A DNA stretch of 64,000 bases from Parasitella parasitica NRRL 2501 (lineage: Eukaryota; Fungi; Mucoromycota), in assembly GCA_025201805.1 (NCBI GenBank), contig MU619237.1:489552-553551 (forward strand). The letters are read 5' to 3'. The notes under the pieces are model-generated. The model had not been told where the DNA came from. It searched no databases and saw nothing but the letters and a program-made list of their open reading frames with translations. Within the stretch, counting starts at the first letter, position 1. Each line of letters starts with the position of its first letter. Shown one piece after another: positions 27,100-40,352 of the stretch. The position numbers and the translations under genes were made by a program.

Positions 27100-28945
27100 A
27101 GAATTCAGCAAACATAGACAATGTTATACTTAATAGGCCATAAAAATTTGGGATGTGTGCAAGTTGTAATGGCAACATATTCCTGAGCTTGAATTTGCTA
27201 CAGCGAATATAGGCCTTTATCATTGAAGCACCTATTTCAACTGAGGAGCAAAACATGAACTCCATAAGCAATCTGGTTATATCTCAATATGAATAAATAG
27301 TCAAGATGCTTTAATATATGGCTTCAAAAGCTATTTTCATGTAGCCTTATGTTTGGTTAAAATAATTGCCACCTAATCATGGCCATCACCTTTTTCCTCG
27401 CTTCAAGGCCCATAATGCAATCTCTGATACCTCTACAAACTATTAAGCGATAGAGACACAATCTTCAGCCAAAATCTTCTTTTTTTGCACCATTCTGCAG
27501 CATATCCAAGTTTCATGCATCTCTGATCATTTTTCAGATTTTGCTATGTTTGGACCCTAAACCTTATATTCGATTTTCAATTTTCAACTTTGGGTCAACC
27601 TTCAGGGTCATTTTTAGGTACGGATTAGGGGTCCAAACCAAGTATACATTCAAGTACTAGTATGATAACTGTACCTCACTAAGACCTCCGATTCTCGATA
27701 TCTATATTTGCTGTCAAGATATTCCCAAAACCAAATTTTGCAGATTTTGCAGATTTTGCAGCATATGGTCCTATAACAAGGATCAAATTTTTCTACTAAA
27801 TCAAGTTCAAGTTTTTAAGCAAAGTAATAAAGCAAACGTTGGTGCATCTACTGGTAGTAAGAATATCGTATTGTAGCATGAATTCGACAAGCTTGAGCCA
27901 ATTTTGTCTTTTTAGGTTAAACTTTGTCCGCCTGTTTCTCAACAAACTACTATAACACTTTGGCTTGAGTGATTATTAAAATCTTTTTGAAACCTGATTC
28001 TCTACTAGATGTATTATTTTTAGATAGATATATCGAAAAAAATCTTTTTTCATATGTTTTTAGCAGAGGCTTGATTTATTTTTATAACTTTCAGAGCAAT
28101 AAATGGTACTCAAATAAACATGATATAGCAATAAAAACATAGATCTACAAAATAGCTACCGAACGGTTATTATTTGGTTAAGAAATACCAATTTTTGAGC
28201 AAGATAATGGCAAAAAACAGTGTGGTTTTTTACTCTTTTGAATGGTTCCATTTTGGCCCTATAAGCGTAGGGCTGGAAATTCGTCGATTGATTTGGTCGA
28301 GACAAGATTTTAATTTTTAGCAGAAATAATAAAGCTACAGTCATGAAAAAAATATTAAAATGTAGGTATTGACATGATGGTTTATTTGGTTAATTTCATA
28401 GAGCTAAATGTGCTCAAAATATGCTTGATTGTACTCAAAAACTATCAAAAATGGCGTTTTTTGAATATTTGAAAATTGGTAATAAGAAAAGTTGTTCCTA
28501 TAGTCTTTTAATCTATATGGTTAGATACAGAATTTATTTTTTGTTATAAAATACTTAGTTCGTATATCCAATATACCTATTAACTTTATGAGATATCTAG
28601 CAAATGAACTATGCAAAAAAGTACGAATCTGGTTTGGGTCAAATGGGAACATAGTGCTGAGATTCAATTTACAGCCTTTTTTTTGGCTGTAAATGAGGGC
28701 ACCACCTATTTTCATTTCAAGAGCAAAGCATGATTTTACTATGTAACTTGGGTATGTCTTGATATGAATCGATAGCTGAGATACTGAATAATACAGACTC
28801 AAAACCCATTTTTATATACCTTGATTTTTGGATAAACTAATTACCACCAAATCTGAAATATTACCTCTTTCCCCGCTTAAAGGCTTAATTTTGCAATCTC
28901 TGATGTCTTTACAAACTAATAAGCAATAGAAATACAACTAAGGGT
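27100..28945 (-). repeat. Repeat R1 copy A: non-coding element, inverted relative to copy B; near-identical core 27530-28822
   Basis: The same spurious ORFs occur at 28521-28802(-)/44265-44546(+) and 28156-28344(-)/44723-44911(+). The coordinate sum is constant at 73067, so no net indel in the core. Outer boundaries are approximate. Confidence 0.93.
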
Positions 28946-29039
28946 TATTTCAATATGAATAACAATTATTTCAAAAGTATTTTAAACAAAGAGACTGCAA
29001 GCGATTATATCACGGAGAACGCAGGGTCTTTATTAATGA

Positions 29040-30136
29040 TTGAAAAGGGAAGCCAGGATTGCTATGGTCCCGGTTTCTAAAAGTCTTCAGTGCTGGTTCA
29101 ATGCTTCAGAACTCATCTTGGCAGCAGGACGACCAATACCACCTATTTCCACAGCCTTTTCAAAGTTGGCGGGGATAGGAAAAGCGGCAGTTGGCAACGT
29201 GGCTCGGAGAGAAGGGAGCAAAAAGTCGTTTACAAAATGCTTGTGGTCATCCTGTCGTACGATTTTTTTATCAAACCCTTTAAGACCTTTAGTCTTATAC
29301 AGATCCATAAGCTTTGGGAAAAAATATTTATCTACAAAGAATAAACAAACTATTAGCAAAGAGCGGCAAAAAATATAAATGACAAGAGAACTTACACTGC
29401 AGTCGTAGACTCTGGCAATATTGAGGTTAGGACACATAAATAAGTCAAAACCTGCACCACGGTTATAGGGGGGGGGGGGAGCTTGTCGATGACACCGGTT
29501 TTATATTTGATGTTATAGTCAAAGTTGGGTCTGACAATGACATCAAAATGTGAGTCTTGCTTGAGTTGCACTTGTTGTTCGCAAAGGAGAAAATACGAAT
29601 CAATATCAAAAATTATTTCTGGGATGTTGTCAACGGAAGTAGGTAGACAAATACTTGACTCAATGCCCAAATCCATTTTGTTTTCCCGGACAAAAGTGTT
29701 AATGCGATCGTTTGTGGCAGAGAGTGGTGCACGTTGTCGTAAAGATTCAAACAAATTCACCAGAGAGAAAGAGAGGAATTAAAGTTTTAAAAGAGTCGCT
29801 GAATGACACTGATTTATGTAATCCAGGTCATTTTGAGGCACCCGAAAAAACATAAGGCCCAGTAGAGCCAACTGTGTCAAAATAGTCTCTGCCCTTGTAA
29901 GTATCCACGCGAGAAGGACCATCCGTTTGATTGTCAATAGTGCTAAACTTTACCAATGTAGGCTTGAGAAAAACATGTATTGCTATCTTTTGCTTCAAAG
30001 AAGACCCTTTGCCTTTTGATGACTGAGGTACAGCAGGAGAAATAGTAGCAGACGAGGAAGACAAACCAGTAGATGGAGAACGAGAACGAGAAACTCCAGG
30101 TTTAGCAGCATCAGAGTAGGAAGCGGATGAAAACAT
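29040..30136 (-). pseudogene. Disrupted, intron-containing gene fragment of unknown function (FDIDS...CPNLNIARV...FFPKL...FLLPSL)
   Basis: Consecutive minus-strand ORFs with protein-like composition, a frameshift at a C12 tract (~29468-29479), a gtaag...tag intron (~29333-29395) and stops. It ends next to repeat R1-A. Confidence 0.5.
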
Positions 30137-30149
30137 GATTGTTAATAGT

Positions 30150-30260
30150 TGAAATAACTTTTGATAGATACGTCGCCCAGTGGAAACCAGCAAGTTACGC
30201 TCATATAGCAATGACCACGCTTGTTTTCATGAGGCATATAACGGGTTTGACTTTGTTCTA
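30150..30260 (+). repeat. Repeat family R2, copy 2 (partial)
   Basis: acttttgatagatacgtcgcccagtggaaaccagcaagttacgctcatatagcaatga aligns to 26641-26700. Confidence 0.75.
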
Positions 30261-31490
30261 TCCAGATCAATGCTTATTTCAAAAGAACTGGTATACAACG
30301 ATTCCAATTCTTATAAATGCCAAGATGTTTTCTCGATAAAATCGCAGAACACTTTAGAATGAAAGAACACAAGCTTCAGCTTTTAAATTTTTATTGTCGC
30401 AAATTTTTAGAACCTCGGTCGGATAGTATTACTCTGACTTGCAGGCTCAGGGCATTACTCGCTATATCTCAATAGCTCGACATCACCAATGTGAATGTAA
30501 TTTAAGAAACTAGCATCATACTTTTTCTCCTCTCTGACTTTTGCTTGCAAACGTTAATATACCCAGAGAAGCGGCACCGCATTTTTACTTTGCTTTCAAG
30601 CTTGCAAGTTGGGGGCTGGCGTCAGTGATGACAGTAACGATGGTGATGATGGCCCTGCTTCTGTTGCCGCTGCTAAACTTGGATTTTTTACACAACATCT
30701 CGATTTTGAGACGACTTGATGTCTGGTTACTATAATTACCCAAGAAGTTGATGCCATTTTGAGTGATACTTTTTGTCCCTGAGGCAGCAAGCTCAACAAA
30801 CAAATATTCAACGCGAAAAACAATTTGCGTATGCTGCTAGAAACGCCCTCTCAAAAATCCTTTTTCACATTATCACCTTAAAGGTTATAAGAGGACAATC
30901 ATTCAGTGATGATGTCCTTGTTGTTGCTGTTATAACTGACGCATCCAATTATAGTAGTGCCTCTTGTTAGATTTTTTCGAGATATTGTAATGGGCAAAAT
31001 TTACCGGGCAACGCTAAATCTATTTTTTCACGGAATGGAACGTATGAGGGACCTTGACCATATAATGAAGCTATATCTGTTGACTATTAAGCTATCAAAA
31101 AACGTGTAGTTTCTGTGCGGAAACGAAACGTTTGGTATGTGCAACCAATTAAAAGAAAACGTAAAGAAAAGGATACTTCCGTGAATGCTGCATGGTTGTT
31201 TTTGGGTAAAGAACGTCGTGTTCATGGAGAATTGCGCACACTTTTACTACCATGACAATTATGAATGCAAGTGTGCCGCTCTAATTATTAGTAAGTGTAA
31301 TTGAGCGTCTGCATGCTTATTAATATGTTATTGTGTTCATGTCAATCTCGATTATATGTTTATTTTACATAATAATGACAAAGCTGTTATGCAACTATCA
31401 GACCTCATACATATATAGATCACGGTGAACTTGTATATATAATTGGGTAAGTATAGAGCATTATTCTTGTCTAAACCATATAGTGGGCGA

Positions 31491-32637
31491 TTAGAAGATG
31501 TAAGATTGATATGAACGATGGTTAATGTTTTCTCTATCAATGAGCGATTGCCTGAAAGATTCAATTGCCATTAAATCCTGTATACTCATATCCTCCAATC
31601 TGATGGTAGACAGATATCTGTCTAGTGATGTAGTATTGCTGTTTCTCGATGACTGAAACGGAAAGTGGAACGAGCTAGTATGCATGTTACTTTCATTACT
31701 CATAACCGAGGGCTTTAATCTCACATGATCTAAAGGTGTATTGTAAGCGGATTAACGAACGGTGTTGCATTTTAGAGATATATATACAAACCTATGAGCA
31801 CAACGTTTGGGTGATCGACCTCGATGCTTTTGCGCTTAGATTCTTGATGTTTTGATATTCCAGACGTAGTTGATCTCATTTTATAACCCTGTGACATGAT
31901 GTAAATAATACTAAACCCATCACAAATAGATTCTTTGTAAACATTTTACCTTTTCGAGATTAATTGTTGCTGGAGAAGAGGATGGAGGGCAGTAATAAAT
32001 AATACCAAAGTTTTCAGTCATGCAGTATGGACATACAATATCAGCGCCTGTAGCTGAGGTAGACGTATCAGCAGGCCTTTTCTTGATCTGCACAAAACAT
32101 TCAGTACAGATAGGTTGGTCACAACAGCGAGCAAAATTAATATTGGCAGGATAATACTATATATACACATTCGTTAAAATTTTTTGTTGTTGTGCTTGTG
32201 CGTTTTATCATTATGTATACCAAGAAACAGATTGGACATTCTATAGAGTCATTGTATAGAATTGAATACAGCCTTTTTTCGTTTTTATATAGATACATTT
32301 TATAGTCGTAATCATTGCTTTTTATCGTTCTATGCAAGCTTCTCCGTTTTTTTGTTGGGATCGCATGAAGTTTCTCCGTGCTGGTAATGTAGTCTTGAGT
32401 CAACGGGTCAGATAGACCTACGAGTTCATACACATGTCAGCATAATTTACGATTGAAATGCAATAGGCACTTACCCTTATAGAATGGCGATAGTTTTTTT
32501 GACAATATTAAATCTCGTACTACTTTCAAATCATACTCGTCATTTTTCTTTTCATATAGACCAAGTGGTATCAATGACCCAAAATCAATCATTTGCAAGT
32601 TGTTTTTTTTTAAAAATTTAGATGAATTTGCTCCCAT
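31491..32637 (-). CDS. SIP5: SIP5-like RING-type zinc-finger protein (spliced)
   Basis: MGANSSK myristoylation-type start, IDFGSLIPLGLY...YDLKVVRDLI...LSPFYKG, and [32 protein letters not shown]...CPYC. Confidence 0.8.
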
Positions 32638-34407
32638 TGTGCATAAGAAAAATTGTTATAGCCAAAAGGAAAGAAAATAGAAGAAAGAAACGGGAAAAAG
32701 ATAAATAAATAAACATACATACAGAACTTATGCTTATCAAACCTTAAGGTATCATGTGCTCAGCAATTATGCTCACCATAAATCAAGAAAGTTTTGCACT
32801 GTTAAAGTTTTGCAATGCGCCTAGAACCGCCGTTTTGGGAGCTTAAAATTCATGATATGTTTGCCAGTTTTAATATGAAACAATGTGTGTGTGTCCACCT
32901 TGGGATTATCTGTAGTATTGTTTTATCGCATAATCAATTCGTTTCGATAGTAACCTTGCTTTCAATTGCACATTTTTTGACAATTTTCATCTTGGGCCTT
33001 TATTCATGTGCATCACTACTTTATGTTTTTGTTGTCTATGATGACTACAATTAATAATGGCTTATTTTTCATGTTTAATAAACACTCAATTATGTAATTG
33101 AACCTGATCTATATAATACGACTTGCTCCTTTGTGGCTGAAAACCCCTTAAAAACATATCCTCTCATGTTCAAAGAGACGGAAAATTCTCGCATGATGGG
33201 TATTTGGTGCTGTTGACCTCTTCTTGATAAAACAGGGTTAGAATAAAGGTTGGAGCCCTTGCCTGATGTATTTTGTTAAAATACTTCTAATGTTTGCAAC
33301 AGCATTAATATTTCTATTCTGGTACTACTTTGAATAGATAGAACACACTACACCAGTAGAACGAGTATGGCTTCTGAGTTTCTCTTCGATTTTGTGCCTC
33401 AAAATCGAGTGCAATTCTCTCATAGAGTATACTTACTAGAGATATTGTAATATTGAGTGATCAGTTGCTGCATAACAATGATTTGTGAGAAAATTCGAGT
33501 GACAGATCAATTCAATAGATTGTTTTTACAGCATTGCTATTTTTATTTGCTGTTATTGCGTACATCTGCTGAACAGTGTAATCGTTGTATTGGACCTTGT
33601 GTCCTAGGAAATTCAGTTGCTTATTGTTTGGACTTGACAGATTTTTTATGCGGCTGTGGTATCTTCCGAGTCTGTATTTATATTCTGCAATGACGTTGCT
33701 TTATCATTGTACTTTGTGTGGTTTGTAAGGGAATCTCAATAAAAGGGGAATTTTCTACTTGTGATTGGATTCTTGATGTTATGTTTCGAGAACGAGAAGA
33801 GGGCTCTTGTGGAAGCTGTGCATCAGAAGAAGCAGAGTATTTCTATCTTGATGACAGTAGGTAACACAGTCAAAACTCTGTGTAATTTATGAATTAACAT
33901 TTCCTGGCATGTATAAATATATAAGATATCTATAGATAAATTTTATTATACGGTTTATTTTCCAGAGTCAGAGAAATGGGTTGGTTTATACATCTATTGG
34001 AGTACAACGAAACTTATGGGGGGGGGGCTATGATTACTCTGCTTGTAATCTAGCTTTTACGATTTACTGAATTATGCTCTTTCTCCCAATTACAGATATT
34101 TGAATATCTATTGTTCAACAGGTAATTACAGCAAAAGTATTGCCTTTTAAAAAACACTCATCAACAAAGCTAACAGTTAAAAACAGCTACCAATCTCAAA
34201 ACATACTTTCTAATGTTTGACCTCAAACAGTAACTGTCCAACGAAGATGGTTGTTCGCATTGGAACGTCACGAATCCAAGTTTTGATATTTATAATACCA
34301 CCTAAGGGTTAACTCTGTAAATCTCGTTCCTTAAAACACAATCTTATATCCAACCGCCTTTATACATTCCTTTTTTCTTATCGCCTCGTTTTCTGGAAAC
34401 TCTAATT

Positions 34408-37320
34408 ATGGAAGAAGAATGGGATATCATTGACTCTCTCAACTTGTCTGAAATGGAGAAGCCTCGCGGAAGTCGGCCAACATTAGATTTCAATCGTTTT
34501 GATTCCATGCCCGATTTTAACATTGAGGATGAAGAGGAAAAAGAAGCAGGGATAGTAGCAGAAGCAGCAACAGAAGAAGAATCAGAAGTAGAAGAAGAAT
34601 CAGAAGTAGAAGAAGAATCAGAAGTAGAAGAAGAATCAGAAGTAGAAGAAGAAGCAGTCGAAGAAACAGGAGGAAAAGAAGTAATAGAAGAATCACCAGA
34701 AGAAGCTTTGTTTTCGCCAGAGCAAAAATTCGCAGATCAACTGTGCGAAAGTCCAACACATGAACAAGTAATTGACCTGGATGTAAAGAGTCAGGACTTT
34801 GAATTTACACTTGGTGATAGTAAGCTGATGATGAGCACCACTCCAGACGGTGACGAAAGCAACAATGAAAAGAACAAGCTGGTTCATTACAATCAAAACG
34901 ATGAATCAATCAACACAACCGTTCCATTTCTTTCTTCTTTAAATAAAACAAATCTTTTAATAAAATCGCCTTGGACAAGAGAGTCTCAAGTCGATAAAAA
35001 CACAATCTGGAAAAACTCAACCTCTGGTTCATCCGTGCCTTACATGTCAAATCAACCCCATCAAGACTTAGAAGAGAACGAGCAGCAAGAAGAAGCCAAT
35101 CACAAAATCAAGCAAGGTAATGTCAAAACAGCATGACAGTATGCGCCACTATTGTACTAACCATCTGTTTGTGTTCGTAGCCTTGTTTCCTTTTGCATCC
35201 TCTTCCGGCCAATTCAAATTTATCCCTCCTGCAACTGATTCATCAAGCAGATTCGCTACTAAGGAGCTAACAGATAAATTCAAGAACCTGCAGTCGGAAT
35301 TAAGCGCTGACGACAATTTTGGTAAACCTTCATCGTCAAGACCTATCAAACAAATCAAAAAATCAGTCCAGCACAACGCCAAACCCATGTTGACGACCCA
35401 TCAGCTGCCTTCATTTGCAACCTCACCAAAAGAGAGGCCAGCATTGACAACAGAAAGAATTGTTATCGCTGATTTATCACCACAAACGCAGCAAGAAAAT
35501 GAGCCCACCGCCGAACAAAGCGCACAGGCCCTTATTGATAAAGTGACAGGCTGCATGTCATTTGCAGATGACGGACACGACCATTTGGCAACATTTCTGT
35601 TTGAATTGCAGGCAGTGACATCCGCCCAGCAATGGAGCCAATTGACAAAGCTGAATCTAAGCAGACAAAGTTTGACCAGTTTGGAGGACTTGTCGAGTTG
35701 CTTTCCTAATCTTGAAACGCTCAAAGTGTAAACAAAAAAGTATAATTACATTGCATATTTAATTGGATTTCTTATTATTTTTACATTTCAGGTCGCATAA
35801 TGAATTAAGGACTTTATCTGGACTACCAGCCTCACTAATTTATTTATACGCCTCCCACAACAAGTAAATTACCCTACTAATGGCCAACAATAGCACAGCG
35901 ACTAATTAATACATTTAGATTGCTTGAGGTGGATATTTATCATTTGGATAAATTGCAGCATTTGGACGTGTCTCACAATCGCATCAATCAATTCGAAAGC
36001 ATGATAGAATTGAAATCACTTCGCTCACTGAATGCAAATCACAACTCCATCACCTCTTGCAAAGCATTCCAGGACTTGAAGAGCCTGGTAACACTGTCTT
36101 TAAAAGCAAATTGCATCCGTCGTCTGGTGAATTTTGAAAGTGCTCATAGAGATAATCAGCTGGAATTCTTGGATGTCGCGTACAACAGAATCGAATGTTT
36201 GGATTCAATTGAATCCTTGGTTCATCTGAGAGAACTGAACGCAGGTAACGAAAAAAAAAAAAGTCGCTATTGCCGCAATGATAACATCAGCATGGAATTA
36301 ACTCGTAGATAGACCATAATGAATTGAAATACATACAACTGAATCAACCCTTGGAGAGATTGTGTAAATTACAATTAAGCTTCAATAGGTTAAAATCGTT
36401 CGACGCATCTCCCTTCCCAGACATCCGAATCTTGTATCTTGACGACAATCAAATCCAGCGAATTATTGGTGTTCAGTGCTTAGCAAGATTAGACTCATTC
36501 TCATTACGAGATCAAGGTGGCCACACAATGTAAGTTTTTGTGTGTTGTGCGTGTTTAAGAGTACACATTGTCTAATTCATTATAAAGAGACTTCAGGCTG
36601 CAGAGTTTGCGTGGTTCAAGGAAACTTTATCTCTCTGGAAGTTCCTTTTACAACCTGGATCGTATGATTGATTTTTATTCGATGGAGTATCTGGAGCTTT
36701 GCTCGGCAGAGCTGGAAGTGTTGCCGTCTGATTTCGGAAAGCATATGCCAAATCTGTCCACACTCTATCTCAGTATGAATAGACTCACTGATATACGACC
36801 ACTGCGCAAATTAAAGTACCTGAAACGGTTGGTCTTGATTGATAACAGATTAATAAGTATCAACGAGGTTATAGGCGTCGTACAAAACCTCAAACATCTC
36901 TATTATTTAGATTTACGGTAAGCTGACTATAATGTTAAAGCATTCAACTTGACCTCTAAACAAATCATCTAAAAACCATTTAGACAAAACCCCATTAGCT
37001 CCAACATATACCCCTCTATTAATTCTGCCTTGCTTCAGCGAACCAAAGAGCATGACAACATATCGCCTTACGTTTCAACCGCTCTTGACGAATCCTGGGC
37101 TATTCACGATGCGGAATTCCTTGAAACTATATCAGAACATTGGATGACGAGACGCCAAGTTTATCGCGCTTTATTCATGCAGAGCTGCCCGAAATTAATA
37201 GAGCTGGATCATATAGAGATTGATCTTAATGATCGCTCAGAAGGTGATATTGTCATTGGGAACTTTAAACGGTCTCAAGCTTCTAATAGTGGCAGCCATC
37301 ATGGCTCACAGCATAGTTAA
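34408..37320 (+). CDS. Leucine-rich repeat protein, Cdc11/Nud1/SepK-like septation-network scaffold (spliced)
   Basis: Disordered acidic N-terminus followed by many SDS22-type LRRs (LQHLDVSHNRI, LVTLSLKANCI, LSTLYLSMNRL) and an LRRcap (LDLRQNPI...RQVYRALF...CPKLIELD). Orthology is inferred. Confidence 0.7.
34573..34653 (+). repeat. 18-nt coding tandem repeat GAAGAAGAATCAGAAGTA x4 (EEESEV)
   Basis: Read directly in exon 1 of the LRR gene. Confidence 0.9.
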
Positions 37321-37805
37321 ATTTGTCATAGTTGTACATACATACCATATCATAGCAAAATCAAAGCTATACTATCCTTTTTTTTTTCTCATCCCCCCCC
37401 CTTCCTATTTTATAGTATAAGTAGTAATAATAGTATTTTAATTGATAATAAAATATAAAGATGCGTTAGCAAAATGTGCATGACTCTACTGAATGTGTGT
37501 ATACATAGCACTATTGCTTCCTTGGATCAGCAATTGTATTCTAAGCATCACGCAAAGAAAGAGACTTAAAAGGAGGATCAGGGTGTCCCATAAATGTAAA
37601 GAAAAAACCAATCAAGTTGATGTACATGGTCAATTTCCATCTACGATGTTCAGCCAATGTAATTAATGTGATTGTAGATAAGCAAAGGTGGGTCTTTTTT
37701 CACCAAATTTTGGGACGTACAATGGTAAAACGAAAAGGGGTAATTTATTATGATTTGATATAGATTTCCAATTAAGATGTAATAACATAGTTTATATATA
37801 TTCAT

Positions 37806-39815
37806 TTATAAATCATCAAGATTTATAGTTCCCTCTCTGAGCTCTTTTTCAAGCTCTCTGAAAAGCTCTTCATCCTCATCCTCATAATCTTTGATTATTC
37901 TGACTGGCTTATTGGTAGATTTGGTAGGCTTCAAAGCGGGCAAAGTATCCATAGGTGGTAAAACACGCATTGGACCTGCCATTTCTTCGTTCATTTCTGC
38001 TTTTTGGATTGCTGCTCTTTCTTCAGGCGTGAATAGGCGTTCTTCTGCAGGATGCAAAAGTTCCTCCAAGAGGCCGTCATCAATAGCAGTTACAACATCC
38101 TCAAGTTGCTATGATTATGCACACAAGACATGATTAGCTCATGTTTACCTGTTAATACATGAAATCAGCGTGCTACTTACACCTCTGTATTCTCCGCCAA
38201 CAAACAACTGAGGGAAATCCTTGATTCTACCTTGAGATCTACCATTATTGTTACATTTTTTGGCGTATCGTCTAGCAGCTTCACTTGAAGCAACATCAAC
38301 CAAACTGAATTTGATGTTGTTTGTCTTTAACAATTGTTGTATTTGTTCTTGATTTCTTTTAATCTAAAAAAAAAAAGAAGATAACTTGATGTTAATTGCA
38401 TTGATCTATCATGAAATTTGCCTACAAAACCTACCACAGCATTGCCACTGACTGAAGAGTAGTAAATTTGAACCTTTTTGGGATCCAGAGGCGTGATGAC
38501 AGGCTCAGGCTTTTGATAAGCAGGCATATTACCCAGCACTCTCAATAGAGTCTTGCTCTTGCTTTCTACAAGGGAGAAAGTAGGGCGCAATTTGCTCACA
38601 TTAACTGAATCGGGTTTGGGCCAAGAGACGGCATCAGTGGGCAAATATCGGGTCCTCCAGCTGTCTCTGGTAATGTCTTGATTTCTCTTCAGCTTGCTAA
38701 GTTGAGCTTTTTGATCATTCTGCAAATGATTCAGTTCTGACTCATGAGATTGCTCCAAATCTTGAATTTGTACGGCGTGAGTGTGCTCTGCTTGTTCAAA
38801 TTCGTACAATATGCGCTCCAACTGTTCGTCAATGTCGACGGCAGCAGCAGGATTTTTTTCTGCTTCAATTCTGGCTTCTTCAACCTGCTTTTCTAAATTC
38901 ATCTTGTCTTGTTTGTGTTTTTGCTTCAACGCAAGGATCTTTTCAGTTTGCAACGTTTTCAGTTTGCGCACCTCATCCTCATGATTTCCTGCCAAGGCAT
39001 CCTGAGCTTCCTTTTGTTCCTTTAACAAAATATCCTTTTCGGCTAATGCCTCCTCATGGAGTCGAAGGCTTTCTTCATGCGCCTTTTTCTGAGCCTACAT
39101 GGTTTGATTCAAATTCAGTTTGATTAATTTTTGTGATTTTGTAATACACACACACACACCTCAAGCTGTTGGTTCAATTGCTCAATCTTTTGCAAAGCTT
39201 CCTTTTTATCCACCTCCTTGTGCTCTTCTTCTGGTTTGCTGCTAATCATGGCTCGTAGTTCTTCAAGCTCTTTTTCCTTGGCAGCCAGTTGGTTTACTGC
39301 TTTGAGGTTCTACGTATGTGAAACAGTTAATAACGGGTACAATGAAAATTTGCACTGCAATTACCTCGGTTTTCAGGGCCTCCAACTGCATGGCAGCTTC
39401 CTCAATCATCGGCTTCTTCTCCTCCATCATGCGCTTCTGCTCTTCCAGTTTAGCCTCTTTTTCCTCTAATAGCTTTTCTTTTTGGGCTAGAATTTCGGCT
39501 TTATTTTCCTGTTCTTCCGACTGAATGAAGATAGCCGGTGGAGGAGGCGAAACGGGAATGTTTAATTGCTGTTCCTCTAGTCTGATGCGCAGTTCTTCTA
39601 TTTCCTTCTCACGCAGTAGCAGTTGCTCCTCCTTTGTTTTTAGCAGGTTTACCTCCTCTTCATTCTTCTCATTGATCTGCTCTTCTGGTGCCGCTGCAGG
39701 GACCTGAGACGATTGATTTAGCTGTTGTTTCAAACGTTCCAGCTCCGCTTTTTGATTTGCAATCAATTTCATGTTTTCCTCATTCTAAAATGTGGCAGAA
39801 ATAATTGAGCAATCG

Positions 39816-39870
<55 letters not shown>

Positions 39871-40352
39871 GCTTATCACTAGCCATCGATGCATACCTTT
39901 GCTTTCAGGCCCTTGACCTCCTCCTTCATTTCTGATATTGGGAATCTCTTTGTGCTAGAAGCATGGCTGGGCGTCCTTGATGTAAGTCTTGTATTGTTAC
40001 TGGACGCTGCTGAGGCAGCACTTTTGACAGATATCATACTGCTAGGTCTTGAAGACGAAGGAGGTTTAGGAGACGTTGCACGCTGGACTGCACTGGGGGG
40101 TTTTCCATTTGATACGAGGGTATTGCGAGATGATGGTCTTGGTAGTGTTGATTTCTTGTTGTTGTTGTTGTTGGCTTCCAAGGACGGGCGAGGCGATTTC
40201 CGGGTGGTGGAGGCAACAGATGGGGCCAGACTTGTATTTGTCTTGGATGTCTTCAACTTGCCGGTACCTTTTGTAAGCCCTCTTGGTGTGGGATCATCCG
40301 GATTTAGAAGGTTGTTCTTCTTTTCCTTCTTCCTGGGCCCTATACAAACCAT
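37806..40352 (-). CDS. Coiled-coil protein with a C-terminal SH3BGR/glutaredoxin-like domain (spliced)
   Basis: Basic Ser-rich N-terminus and long E/K/Q heptads, then VQIYYSSVSGN...IKFSLVDVASSEAARRY...FPQLFVGGEYRG...VTAIDDGLLEELL (SH3BGR pattern). Confidence 0.75.

Noticed and set aside
28156-28802. Duplicated 93-aa and 62-aa ORFs (also at 44265-44911) as real genes
   Set aside because: They have no recognisable motifs, one starts at TTG, and their identity simply follows from the DNA repeat.
30440-30970. Possible BED-finger/hAT N-terminal relic on the minus strand
   Set aside because: Too many stops; the Cys/His ligands cannot be recovered with confidence.
33050-34300. Possible decayed retroelement (G-run at ~34018-34027 resembling a polypurine tract)
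   Set aside because: No gag, RT or integrase motifs and no paired LTR in the window.
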